DNA of 64,000 nt, from the NCBI GenBank assembly GCA_022813965.1, contig JALDZS010000061.1, positions 1 to 64,000 on the forward strand, written 5' to 3'. The notes below the pieces were generated by a model. It saw nothing but the letters and a program-made list of their open reading frames with translations, searched no databases and was not told the origin of the DNA. Each line of letters begins with the position of its first letter. Within the stretch, counting starts at the first letter, position 1. Positions 35,801 through 48,900 of the stretch are shown piece after piece. A program made the position numbers and the translations under genes. Source of the stretch: Toensbergia leucococca (Eukaryota).

Positions 35801-38800
35801 TGTCCTCTTCGTCGTCCCCCAGAAGCTGAACGCGTCATTGCTACTGTCTTTGGGGTCAGCTAATAGCTCTTCTATGGCATCGTCATCCAAATCTTCTTCC
35901 CCGATACCCAGATCCGTGCCCAAGAACGCCTCGGCTTCTGCTTTCTTCTTCTTCTTCTTCTCCTCCTCTTCTGCTTTCTTCTTCTCAACTTTGGTTTTGT
36001 AACCTTTGAAACCGGCGTCTTTAATATTGGCTTTAGTGAGTTTAGAATCAGGCTTTTCCTTTGAATTCTTGGGGGCCGGTTCGTCAGGTTCTTCCACTAT
36101 GGCTTCGGCTTGTACTCCCTTCTCATCTTTACTCTCCTCCTCGTCGTTATCCTTGGATTTTACCGTCGGTGTTGTTCCAAAGCTACCCCAAAAGCCCTTG
36201 ACAGCCTTGGCTGGCGTTTCTACTTCCTGCGCTTTCTTTGCCCGTTCATCCTGAATTGAGGCCACGGAAAACACTGCCATCATATCCTCAATTTGGCTCT
36301 TAGGATCCTTTTTGACTACTTTGGATTCTTCCAATTTCGTAGCCTTTGACGCTGAAGATATTCGAGTCAGAATATCTTTCTTCGCGTCTTTTTTACCCTT
36401 CGCTTTGGCAGGCGCAACTGATCCCCACTCGTCGCCACCAATATCATCCAGGTCAGCTGTCGGTGGAGGGGTAGGTTCGGGTGTCAGTCCTATGGCAGGA
36501 GGGGTAGGAGCTGGTGGCGGTGCCTCGAAAACCATCCCTCTCTTGCCGACCTTTTTCTTTTCCTTTTCCGTTTTGGCCGGAGTCCCCCATATGTCGAACG
36601 CATCGTCGTTGGTAGTCGGGATCTGATCTAGCGCAAAATTTGCCATCAAGTCCCTTGTATTCGTGTCCTCAATCGCATCAGTGGCGCCGCCTTTCTTTCC
36701 AAATTTCGTCTTCGTCTCCTTCTCTCTCTCCTTTTCCATCTCTTTCTCCTTCTCTTTTTTCTTCTTGTCCTTAGTCGAAAGGCCCCAGCTACTACCCCAG
36801 TCGTCCTCGACCGGATCGGCTTTTTCTTCGGCAGCAGGCTCTGGAACGACTACCGCAGCAGCAGCTTCGAAGTCTGCCAATTTACCCTTTTTGCCTTTCT
36901 TGTCCTTCTTCGTTGAGTCTCCCGTACCCCATACGCCATCTTTGGAATGATCGAGAAGATTCGAAGTTGCGGGTGGCGGTGGCGGTGGCGGCGGCAATGC
37001 TTCCTCGGCCTGCGTTTCAGGAATTGAACCCTTCTTGTTCTTCTTTCCCCCTTTCTTGCCGGAATTCCAACTCTCCATCCAGTCATTGTCTGCAGCTGTA
37101 CTAGTAAGCTCGGTAGCAAAGGTTGGTTCTATAGCTTTAATGATAGGATCTTCTTTCACCTCGGTGACGGAACCTTTTTTATTTTTCTTGTTATTATTCG
37201 ATGCCGCGCCCCATGAAGAGGTCCATTTATTCTCTACTATAGGTTCTGGTTCTGGATCTAGCCCAAATCCTAAGGTAGAGTCCAGCTCTTCGTCCAGATC
37301 TTGCTCTGGTTCAAGGTCTAGTAGATCTGGAACTACAACGTGGGGTGGAGCTGTTTTTCCCTTCTCGTGAGGATCTGCCATGACGCCTTTCTTGACCTTA
37401 TTTTTCTCTTTCTTCGCGCCAAAGGTAGTACCCCATCCTGTCTCGACTACGGGCTCCGGTTCTTGTATGACCATGAAGTTCTCTTCTTCCGCTTTAGCAG
37501 ACTCATTGGTCGAACTCTTCTTCCCTTTCTTTGCGTCCTTCTCCTTCCCCATCTTTGCACCAAAGGCGCCCCATCCGGTTTCCGCTACGGGTTCAGATTC
37601 TTGAACGACCATCAAACTATCTTTTTCCATTTTAGCGGGCTCACTGGTCGTACCCTTCTTCGCTTTCTTCATTTCCTTCTCCGTCTTTCTTGGGAACGAG
37701 CCCCAGCCTTCATCTGTCCCAGGATCGACTTCCGGTACTATCACTGTAGATGCTGGCTCTTCGCTTTTAATGGAGTCCTCCAACGTACCCTTTTTGCCTC
37801 TCCTCTTGTCTTTCTTAGGGCCGAAAGAACCGCATTCCTCCTCACCGACATTTTCGATGAGTGCATGAGGTATATTTGCTATGGGCGGGTCCTGTTCACC
37901 TTTTTTACCCTTTTTCTTGTCCTTTTTCGAATCAAAAGAAGTCCATTCCTCGTCAACAACGGGTTCGTTAGGGACAGCGGAAGATGGTGAACCCACTACC
38001 GTTGAATCCGCCATAGTCGCATCCAGTTCGCCTTTTTTACCCTTCTTCTTCTCTTTCTTCGAAGAAGGAGGCTCCCATCCACCCCATGATTTTCCTACAG
38101 TTGTCAAAGGCTCCACAAGCGGCACATCAGTAACAATCGCTTCAGAGTCTTTAGAAGTATCTTCAAAAGCGGCTTTCTTGATACTCTTTTTGTCTTTTTT
38201 TCCGACAGACATGAATCCTCCCCAGTTTTCATCCGCTTCGACTTTAGCCTCTTCCTCCTTTTGTGGCTCCTCTTCGTCAAGAGCTGAAAAATCCCCAAAA
38301 TCAAAGCCGGAAGTAGTCGTCTTTTTGGTGTTCTTCTTGTTGCCGCCAAAAGACCACACACTACCTCCCCCGGAATCTATTGAGGTGTCTTTGGTATCTT
38401 TGGAGATAGTGGAGGTGGTGATGTCGGTTGTCGCTGAATTCAAACCCCCGGAATCCCACTTGCTAGTTGTGTTCCAATTGTTGCCCCATCCGCCAAATCC
38501 GAAGCTTGAGCCTGTATCTTTAGTTTCCGTTCCTCCAAAGCTAAGGTCCAGCTTTGGGGCTCCATCGTCAAGATTAATTTCGTCGAAAGTGCTTGCTATT
38601 GGTGGATCCACAGTGACTGGAGGGTCAGGGACGGGAACAACCTACAGTCGGTCTTAGTCAAGTTTTTGAAATCACGAGTAGATTTCATTTACCTTTGTCT
38701 TCTTGCCCTTCTTACCCTTTTTCCCTGCTGCGGAGAAACCTCCCCACTCATCATCAGGATTTGCATCTCCACCATCGGCCCAACCGAGCGAGGTTCCAGC

Positions 38801-39737
38801 TTTTGCAGCCTCCTCTTCCTCGATTTTCTTTTTCTCTTCTTCTTCCTCTTTCTTCCTTTGTTCTTCCTCGTTCACCCCTCCTTTTCCCTTCTTGCCCTTC
38901 TTCTTCTTACCTGTATCCCATTCGTCATCGCCGCCGTCTCCTCCCGTTCCACCGTCGCCATTAGGTCCACCACCTCCACTTCCGCCGCCACCAGCGTTTT
39001 CTTCCCCGTCCTCACCATCCTTATTACCATCATCTTCCGCTTCTGTCCACTTGCTTTGGTTCGCCTTTTTTTCGGCCTTCTTCTTCTTAGCATTTCCATG
39101 GGACTGAAAATTTGATGGATCGCCAAAGTCGATAGCAGATGCCGTCATAGGTTCGAGGAGAGAGGAAAATTGGGTCGATGGAACGTCAGCGGTTCTCGAT
39201 CTTGGTGGGGATGTTGTGCTGTAGACTGCATGAACTTGTGCTAAGGTCTCAGTAGATGTGTAGTCAGGAGGATTATCAGTGAGGGCGATTTCATATGGTG
39301 GTGGAGGGTCGACGTGTAGCAGGTGATGATGCTTTTCGGTATCGAGAAGCTCTATTTCTAAGATAGATTTACTCGAGGCTACTTGGCCGGAATATGGCGG
39401 TTGCTGTAAAGGTCAGAACTTCCACGTAAAGCTAGCGGCAATTGACAGGTCTGCAAAGGTGTGCTCCCGAAAGATGAACAAATCAAGGAAATGGTAGCTG
39501 GTAAGAAACCTGGGTTCCTACCCATCTCGAGGTTGGCGTTGAAGTTTCGCAAGTGCGGTCCCCCTCCATGCAGACTTGGTCACACCGCCACTTCAATATC
39601 GCGGATATATAATCGTCGTTAAATCCTCGACCTTTATCAATGCTATCCAAGCCAGTCTTCAATGGCAGGGTCTTTGGTTCGTGGGAGTCGCTGCCGTGGC
39701 GATCGACACAACAGAACATGACAGACGTTGCTGCCAT
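32846..39737 (-). CDS. Very large (~2,200 aa) low-complexity Lys/Glu/Pro-rich protein with repeated WG/WxxF motifs and a C-terminal R/E coiled coil; function unknown
   Basis: 1921-aa ORF joined by a GT-AG intron (~38643-38692) to the 39148 ORF. The frame stays open to an acceptor (CTGAC..TTTACAG) at 39404. Probable first exon 39737-39522 (phase 0). The 5' end is less certain. Confidence 0.75.
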
Positions 39738-40755
39738 TGTGGACTTTGGGCCTCGTGTTTCCAGATATCTCAGACGAGCTCATCGAAGCAACAGAGATGA
39801 TAATGAAGCAAGATAAGATGCTAGAATAGTGACGATAGCACAATTGATGGAAGGGCAGAAGACCGGCCTGATGCAAGACGAATTCCGAAGAGCGAGCGAT
39901 GGAAGTGGTGGAATGGAAAGATGATGATCACAAAGAGGTGGGCGGCAAAAGGTCACGCTCTCCTGGTCTCCTCTCCCTCTCTCTCGCGTATTTTCACCCC
40001 TGGTTGTGTGTATCGGTTCCAGATCCCTATCTCGTAATCGATAACAAACCCTCACTCACCTCACGCAGTAGCTTGAGACTTGAAAAAGGACCATCTTTGC
40101 TGCAACTCTTGAATCTGTTGGAAGATGTTCAGAGTTGCGGTGAAGGCCAAAAGAGAAAGCCACCAATTGCACTGTGTACCGATAGACTACACGCTGCAGC
40201 TAAACATCTTGCTACCTTGCTATTCGATCCGAAGCGTGTCAATTGGACAGAGGCTGATCATCATTGGTCTCACGCAACGCTCCATCCTCGGCCGAACTAA
40301 GTCCGTATTGGGGTGCCTGCCGAATAGGATACAAGAAGAAGAGAACCGGAGATTATAGGGGAAAGAGGTGCAATAAGGTATGATGAGGTATGCTGGAGTA
40401 TGAATTGGTCACAGTTGCATAGGTAGCAGACTAGACTTGTTGGGAATACTCAGGCTTGAATGGTCACACATGTATTCCTAGACTAGTTATGTAGTCCCCA
40501 TGTATTTCTTCCTATCCCGTGCCCGCCCTTACACATGGAAGCTCTAGCAAGACACGAAACACCTGCAATGGCATGCCCTGCGTCGGTCATGATGCCCAAA
40601 CACCTCGCAAATTGTGGCAACAGATTCAAAAAGTCTTTCGCCGCCTTCCAACCATTGTATGTCCCTTGCCTTCATAAGGTCCGCCGACCGTCGAGTCAAT
40701 CCATGGAATGCTGTACCTGTAGGAGCCCCCTCAAAATCGCCACAGCTTTAATCAT

Positions 40756-43700
40756 CTATTCTTGTTTTACAATCGTCTCTTGTTCTAACACAGATTCCTG
40801 TTTCACACCCGTTTCGGGCATCACGGCTGCTTTGTCAGCCTGCCCGTTCGTCGTTGGAACTTCCGTGCTCGACGTCGCAGCTTTGGGTGCCACATCAGCC
40901 GCGATGCGGTCGTACATGCTGCTAAGCTGACTTCCTGCAGTCCCTGGGTTTGGCCAATAGTTAGACACAAAGTCCCTAGATCAATGTTAGTAACTAGCTC
41001 ATTGCTACACCAAGTGAATCGTTGTAGTTTCACTCACCATAAAGTCCCTTCCATACCACCTCCTTCAACCCCGTTGGCGTCTGCAGCCACCATTTGTTTC
41101 ACAAATTCTCCTATCTTAACGAGCTCGACCCTCAAAAGCCTCGCACGCTCGGGCTTGTCTGGAATTCCCTCCTTTGTAGCGCCTTGAACAGCAGTCAGGC
41201 TTTCGCGCACAGGTTTGAATAACATAGACATAAGCTTGTCATGTTGTGCATCCGTAGAGTTCCCATTGGTGACGTGATCGTTACTTCGACGATGGTGATG
41301 CTGAGCTCGATGCTGTTTAGACTCTTCAGTCTTTGCGTGGTCACCACCCAATCGCGAGCGTACATCGGACTTGGACGCATGTCCATTGTGCTCGCCGTTG
41401 GAGGCTCGGCGCTCGATGCTGTTACGCACACGATGTTTGTCAGATTCGCGCTGACCTTTCCTGGCTGAAGAGGGAGCGGGCGAAGCAGAAAAGCTCGGGC
41501 GTCCGTCATGCCTAGCAAACATGCCATTTTTCTTGTTGTTTCGATGATGATTCTCGACTGCACGTTTGGCCGCAAGATTGGTCCCATTACTGGTCTTCTC
41601 CTTGAGTACCGAGAGAAGATAGTCTGCCCGGCGTACTAAATGAACGGCTCCTGGCGATTTGACACCTTTTTCCTCTCCTTTGATGCGTTCTTCCTTTTTC
41701 TCTACACGATGCTCTTCGAGAAAAAACTTATCTGCTAGGCCCAAGTCCGGATCATCGCGAATCTGCATCCAAGCTCCATATCCGTGTCGAACGATGCCAA
41801 CACAAAGCATACCATCTTCTCTTGCACCCCATTCACAGGAATATGTGGCCCCTTTGGAGGCCTCTGTGATGCGGAACGACTTCGGATCAGCGGCTTGCTC
41901 GGTGACTTCTTTAAGCATTCGCATCTCTCCTGGGCGTTCAATGATAGTCTCTGCATTGATTCGCTTGACGCCTCTATAATCGAAGAGCACCGCTTTCCGA
42001 TCCTTTTTGGTCAATGCTTTGTTGTGCACACGCTCTAAGGCCTCAATCCGATCTTGTTCCTCTCTAAGCAGTCTCGCTGCGTTTGCCGTGATGGTTTCCA
42101 ACGTAGATTTGAGAAGTTCTCGGTCTCTAGAAACAAGACGAGCTTCTTGGAGTAACTCGTCTCCACGATCATCGATGGAGCCATATCGTAGAAAGCCTCG
42201 GATCAGATTACGGACTTCTTTTTCGCTGAGCGGTCGTTTCGGATCCTGACCCGGTCGTTGATCCGAGTCATCTGCAATGGCTTCGGTGGCTGCGAGGTCT
42301 CGTGCGCGTTTCTTTGCCGCACGCTCTTCACGATCCTCGTCGTTTTGTCTCCTTTTTTGTGACCTTGGCGCGTTCTGGTCGATGAAGTCCCGAAGGTATC
42401 GATCGTCCTCCTTCTTTTTCTCCTCGGATTTGATTTCGGCAAGCTGCTCCTGCGGGATGATTTGGTCCCACTCCAGGTCGACTTTAACGTCCATATATTC
42501 GAAGCTCCTCAGGAATTCCTCGCCGCCATCTGCAGCAATGCCTTCGGGCTGTTCTGTACTATGCTCTTCCGCATTTTCCAGCACAGCATCAATGTCAAGT
42601 TCCTCTAGTTTCTTTTGATTCCCAGACTGTTCGAACATCTTCTGTCCTCTACGTTTGAGTATGCGTGAGATATCATCGGAAGAGTTAGGTTCGCTGATGC
42701 CCTTGCCAACACGCGCCATCTTGTCACTCAATTCCTTTGCATCGTTATCAGTAACTCCCCTTTGTATGGTAAGGTATTCGAGCATGAGCTTGTTCCGTGC
42801 TCGTTCCAGAACTTCTTCTTCAACAGTCTCTTTAGAGACTAGCCGATAGATGCTAACAGGCTTAGTCTGTCCGATTCGATGCGCACGGGCCATTGCCTGG
42901 AGATCAGCTTGGGGATTCCAGTCAGAGTCAAAAAGTATCACTGTATCGGCAGTCATAAGATTTATCCCCAGTCCCCCAGCTCGGGTAGAAAGTAAGAAAC
43001 AGAAATCGTTGCTATCTGGAGCGTTGAAGTGATCTATGGCCATGCGACGAGGTCCAGCAGCTATGGTGCCGTCAAGACGCTGAAATTGATAGCCTCTGAG
43101 ATGAAGATAATCGCCAAGAATATCAAGCATCTTGACCATTTGACTGAATATCAGGACACGGTGGTTGTCTTTTCGTAATTTGGTGAGCAGCTGATCGAGG
43201 AGCATCATCTTGCCGCTGCTAGTGATAAGTGCTTTCAGAATGTCATCACGTCGTTCGCTGCCACCCATGATAATGTCTTCGGCGTTCGGGAACATGAAAG
43301 GATGGTTACTAGCTTTCTTCAATTCCATCATAACGTTCAGGAGAGATTGTTTAGGGCCTGTGCCTGAGCTTAGGAGTGAGTAATTACGCGTAAGGATGGC
43401 CTTGTAATATTCCAACTGAAAATCAGACAGCTCGACCCGTATGATTTTCTCCGTTTTAGGGGGTAAGTCATTTTCAACTTTGTTCTTCGTCCGGCGAAGC
43501 ATAAAGGGCTGTATAGCTGTGGTAAGTTCAGCTATCTTCCTACCTGCTTCCTCAGATTGAAGATCCATGTTGTCTTCTATTTTAATTGCGCCTGGCATGA
43601 GGAAATCCATAAGTGCTGACAGCTCCCCCAAGGTATTTTGCATTGGTGTACCCGTGATTAGGAGACGTGCTGGTGCTTTGAAGTCGAGTAGCTTGGCGTA

Positions 43701-46310
43701 AAGCTGAGATGTTCTATTCTTCAGGCGATGAGCTTCGTCAATAGCCATAAATTGCCATTTTATTTGCGACAGGAAGTCCCAATCTTGAAGAATGTATTCG
43801 TAAGTGGTGAGTAGAACATGGAATTTAGCTTTTCGGGCATTGCCATCAACCAAGAGCTCGTACTCTCTTATGACGTTTCGAGCTGTTTCATTACCATTAT
43901 AGACAACATAATTGATATCGGGGGTCCAATTGTCGAATGTTTCGGCCCATGACGGCATGGTGGAAAGGGGAACGACTACGATGAAAGGGCCCTGCTGTTG
44001 CCTGTCGTGCCGAAGCCAATTCATGAAAGCGACAGTCTGGACTGTTTTCCCCAAACCCATCTCATCTGCAAGGATGACGTTGTTGCTCTTACACCAATTG
44101 TAAGCCAAAAAATTGAGCCCAGTCACCTGAAATTCTCTCAATGTCCCATGTACGATGTACGATGGCTGTTCTAAAATCCGTTCAAAACGACGTCTTGTGG
44201 ACGGGTTGGACTCTGTTCTATTGGACTGTGGAAGTGACGAGGTTCGATCGAGGTAACGGTCGATTTCGGTTTGAGCAATCTTGCTAGCTAGGGCTGCATT
44301 TTCCCAAGTGCAAGAATCATAGTAAAGTCCTTTCCCTTTGAAGGATATCAGTACAAAAGCCTTTGGTAAGAAAGAGAGGCAACATACACTTTACGTAGTA
44401 CTCAGTCTCTCCATCGCCATTTTCCCGTGAGCTAATTACTCGCTCAGCTTTCATGTAATCACCAAGAGCATCCGCATCACGCTCTCGGTCCAGACTCCAT
44501 TTCTCCTTTTCTTCTTCAGGAACATCATCGCCGTGGGTCATGTGGATGTCTTGGAGCACAGACTTGCGGAAATAGTTCTCTAATTTTCGGAGCCCTCTGC
44601 ATGAGGCCAAGGAAACATTGGTCTCCCAAGTTGCATGAAGGTGTGCTTTATCTAGCCATTTGATCTGATTGAAGCCATGATCATCAGGTTACGTGTAATA
44701 CACGGTGATTGATAACGAGGGTGGAACTCACGTGATACTCGAAGTCATCTCGTCCAGGGTTTGTGAGTTCCCTAGCTGAGCAAACGTCAATCCTAGAACT
44801 CAATTAGAGAAGGGCATGAGGCTCACTAATATCTTCCCGTAGACGATGGTTGAGAACTGCATCAATTGCTGGAACATTTTCATCGGGCCCAGTAGGCCAG
44901 TAATTTGGTGTGAGAGTTTCCAACTCATCATTGAACTCATCGTCATCATCCTCATTGTAGTTGGACACTTTTGCAGCTTTGCGAGTTGAGAAACGGACCT
45001 CCCCATGCGTAGGAGCCGAGTCCAGGACTGAGTGCAGAAGGCGGCGTTGTTGCTTTTTACTGTTGCCCCTTCGCCGACGAGGACCACTATAAGCGTCCAT
45101 ATCAGATCCCGATTCAGAGAGGCTCTGTGCCGATGGAGTTGGTTGTTTGGATCCTAGATATTGAGAGGAACATCAGTACGTGTACATAGAGTGACATTTG
45201 ATTCAACCCCTGGGTCTTGGGCGGCAGATACCTTGATACGAATAGGCCTGCTTCCGTCGTTTCCGTGGGCCGCTCTGAATATCTGAGCCAGATCCGTCGT
45301 CCTCCGAGTCACTATCGATCTGACATTTCGTTGCTAGTTAGCTAGATATTAGGCATTGGGATAGACGACCATACAATACGCCGTGAAGGGCGAGCACGAC
45401 CCTGCAGACCCCTATCAGCTACTTTATTCCAATCGAGACGGGTCTTGACCTACACTTCGACGAAGACCGTAAAGCTCTGGGTTATTCATGATGTACTCGT
45501 CGTTCTCGAGCCCCACCTTTCGTTTCAAAGCCTTCCGAGAATCTTGCGAGGATGATCGATCATACCGGGGCACACCCACTTCAGCCGGTGGTGATGTTTC
45601 CATATCGTAGTCTGCATCGTCGGATCCAGCAGCATCTTCGTCGTTTGATTGCTCAGAATTCATCCTACACTCTTCTCCGTTGTCAAAATCATCCTGTCCT
45701 CCAGCCTGGGAAGACAAGGTCGTGGTAGGGGGTTCGATTGCTTCGGAAAGGTCGCTTTCACTGGCTGGTGTCATGGAGCCACTGTTCGCAAAGTGATTCG
45801 AAGGGGGAGATAAGTGACCATTTGATATGGAGACGGTAGGGATTGAGGAGGAGGTGGGTCTATACAACAGGCTACTCGCTGGAGATTGATAGAATTAGCA
45901 TTGTACGATGGGAGGAGGTCGTGGAGATTTCGCGCATGAAAGGCACGAAGATCAATGACACGCGACCGGGCTCCAAGTGTCAAGTTGATTAAATACTAGA
46001 ACCAGGAAGTACAGCAGTAAATTGAAGACAAAATAACAAGGGCGGATGATCGATTTGATGGACAGCGGTCGGGGGCTGCCCGAGCTCCTCGTATGCTGAA
46101 AACATTTTTGAAGAGTACAGAATTATCTCCAGTAGCGAAGGTAGCAAAGGAAAAACTTGTAGAAGCAGAAGGGAGGTAATGGTATACTTATCGAGGGAAT
46201 GGTACGGTATGCAGATGGGGCTTAGCAAAAGCGGCAGTCGGACGACCATTCCCTAATGGTGGAAGGCAGAGACGAAACAAACAGAGATAAGGGGAGTACT
46301 CACAAGCCAT
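40756..46310 (-). CDS. CHD1: Chromodomain helicase DNA-binding protein 1, multi-exon
   Basis: Chromodomains ([18 protein letters not shown]), [50 protein letters not shown] ([16 protein letters not shown]). Probable first coding exon ATGGCTT 46310-46304 followed by a 425-nt intron. Confidence 0.93.
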
Positions 46311-46674
46311 AGCCGGCCGCGGCTCGAGGAGAGTTGATAGCTGTCGCGAAGGTATGAGTGGAAAGTTGGTGGATCTTGGGTGCAAAGAAGGGACATCGTA
46401 TCAATGAAGTGGAACGAACTTAGTCCGCCTTGTCGGCTAGCGGCTCGCTTACTCGCTTGGCTTGCGGAAGTCAAGTGGGGGAGACGGGCATGGGCTTGGG
46501 CACACAAAAAGTACTATCTAGTCTTGTACACCATTTTCGTTCTGCTGCGATCTAAGGTATACTTTGTACCGTGCTGCCTAATACCTAGGCACCCGTCAGT
46601 AATAACTGAGACCAGCAAGTTTTGGAACGACCATCTCCTTTTCTTTGAGAATCAGAGTGTCCTTGCTGCCCACC

Positions 46675-48900
46675 ATGTCCGACAAATTGACCCGGTACGT
46701 ATTGGCCCACTAAACCTCCTATCATGTCTAGTGTATAATAGAGGTCTTTCCTACAGTATTGCCATCGTCAGCAACGACAAGGTACATTCCCCGTGCTTAC
46801 CTGTGTAATCGCTCCTCGGCCTCAAACGCTCACTCGCTGACAATTGTGTCGCGCCTCAGTGCAAGCCAAAGGTACGACGCATACCCTATCAACAACTTAG
46901 CTTGAAAAAGCTAGCTAAGAATTCTTAGAAATGCCGTCAAGAGTGCAAGAAATCTTGCCCCGTTGTACGGACCGGCAAGCTCTGTATCGAAGTAACTCCA
47001 GACTCGAAAATTGCCTACATCTCAGAGCGACTGTGCATCGGATGCGGTATTTGCCCCAAGAAATGCCCGTTCGGTGCTATCAACATCATCAATCTGCCGA
47101 CCAACCTCGAGACGCAGGTCACACACCGATACTCGGCAAACAGCTTCAAGCTCCATCGTCTGCCAATGCCAAGGCCAGGACAAGTGTTGGGTCTAGTAGG
47201 AACAAATGGTATTGGGAAAAGCACCGCTTTAAAAATTTTGAGCGGTAAGCTGAAGCCAAACCTTGGGAGATTCGAGAATCCGCCGGATTGGGAAGAAATC
47301 TTGAAATATTACCGAGGCTCCGAGCTTCAAAGTATGTGCATGGGCGTGTGGTGTTGGGGATCAGACTGACAGCTGCTAGATTACTTTACGAAAGTACTAG
47401 AAGATGATCTCAAGGCTGTTGTCAAGCCACAGTACGTGGATCAGCTCCCTAAAGCTGTAAAAGGACATGGACCCGAGCGGAGCGTGGAGGTCTTGCTAAA
47501 AGCTCGAGCACAAAATGACAATCTTGAAAAGATAATAGATGTGCTGGGTAAATTAGCTTCTACTAGACTGATCGATTCTGAAAAGCTGACGCCCTCGCAG
47601 AATTAGAACAGGTCTTGGATCGAGACATAAGCCTGCTTTCTGGTGGAGAGCTTCAACGATTTGCTATTGGTATCGTCTGCGTGCAGGCTGCTGACGTGTG
47701 AGTTATGAACTACCTCACCTACTCAATTCGGCTCATGGATCAATAGCTACATGTTCGACGAGCCTTCATCGTATCTTGATGTGAAACAGCGTCTCAATGC
47801 TGCTAGAACCATCCGTGATTTGCTCCGCTCAGACAACTACGTGATTGTAGTCGAGCATGACCTGTCAGTCCTAGACTACCTTTCCGATTTCATTTGCGTT
47901 CTCTACGGCAAGCCTGCTGTCTACGGTGTTGTCACTATGCCTGCTTCCGTTCGCGAAGGCATCAACATCTTCCTTGATGGGAACATTCCTACTGAGAACT
48001 TACGTTTTCGAGAGGAGTCCCTGACTTTCCGTATTGCCGAGGCTGGAGATGAGTTCATGGTCGATAAAGCACGAGCTTTCAGCTATCCAGCGATGCAAAA
48101 GACTTTAGGGGGTTTCCACTTGACCATTGAACCCGGACAGTTCACGGACTCGGAAATCATTGTCATGATGGGCGAAAACGGGACCGGAAAGACAACTTTC
48201 TGTAAGATGCTGGCTGGCGCTGAGAAGCCTGACGGTACTAGATCGGTACCGCAAATGAACATCTCAATGAAACCTCAGAAGATCACGCCAAAGTTTCAAG
48301 GCACAGTCCGACAATTGTTCTTCAAGAGAATTAAAGCAGCATTCCTGAGCCCCCAGTTCCAAACCGACGTCTACAAACCCTTGAAACTCGACGACTTTAT
48401 TGACCAAGAAGTCCAAAACCTATCAGGTGGTGAACTGCAACGAGTCGCCATCGTGCTCGCTTTAGGCATCCCCGCCGATATCTATCTTATTGACGAACCC
48501 AGCGCCTACCTCGACTCCGAACAGCGTATCATAGCTGCCCGTGTCATCAAGCGCTTCATCATGCATGCCAAGAAGACAGCTTTTGTAGTCGAGCACGACT
48601 TTATCATGGCAACGTATCTCGCCGACAGGGTAATTGTCTTCGACGGCAAGCCTTCGGTAGATGCCAAGGCGAATACGCCCGAGGGACTTTTGACGGGCTG
48701 CAACAAATTCTTGAAAAATCTCGATGTCACCTTCAGGAGAGACCCGAATAGTTTCAGGCCTCGTATCAACAAGCATAATAGCCAATTGGATCAAGAACAG
48801 AAGCTCAATGGGAACTATGTGAGATTTTCACTCGGGTTCATTCTACAATACCATTGCTAACCAAACCTCCCCATAGTTCTTCCTCGAAGATAACAACTAA
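46675..48900 (+). CDS. RLI1: Ribosome recycling ABC ATPase (ABCE1), multi-exon
   Basis: [30 protein letters not shown] with Fe-[14 protein letters not shown]; Walker [10 protein letters not shown] and GENGTGKTT; two LSGGELQR; ends GNY|FFLEDNN*. Confidence 0.96.

Noticed and set aside
33205..39115. Long + strand ORFs (296, 304, 258 aa) rich in F/S/L
   Set aside because: Antisense shadows of the K/E-rich giant gene.
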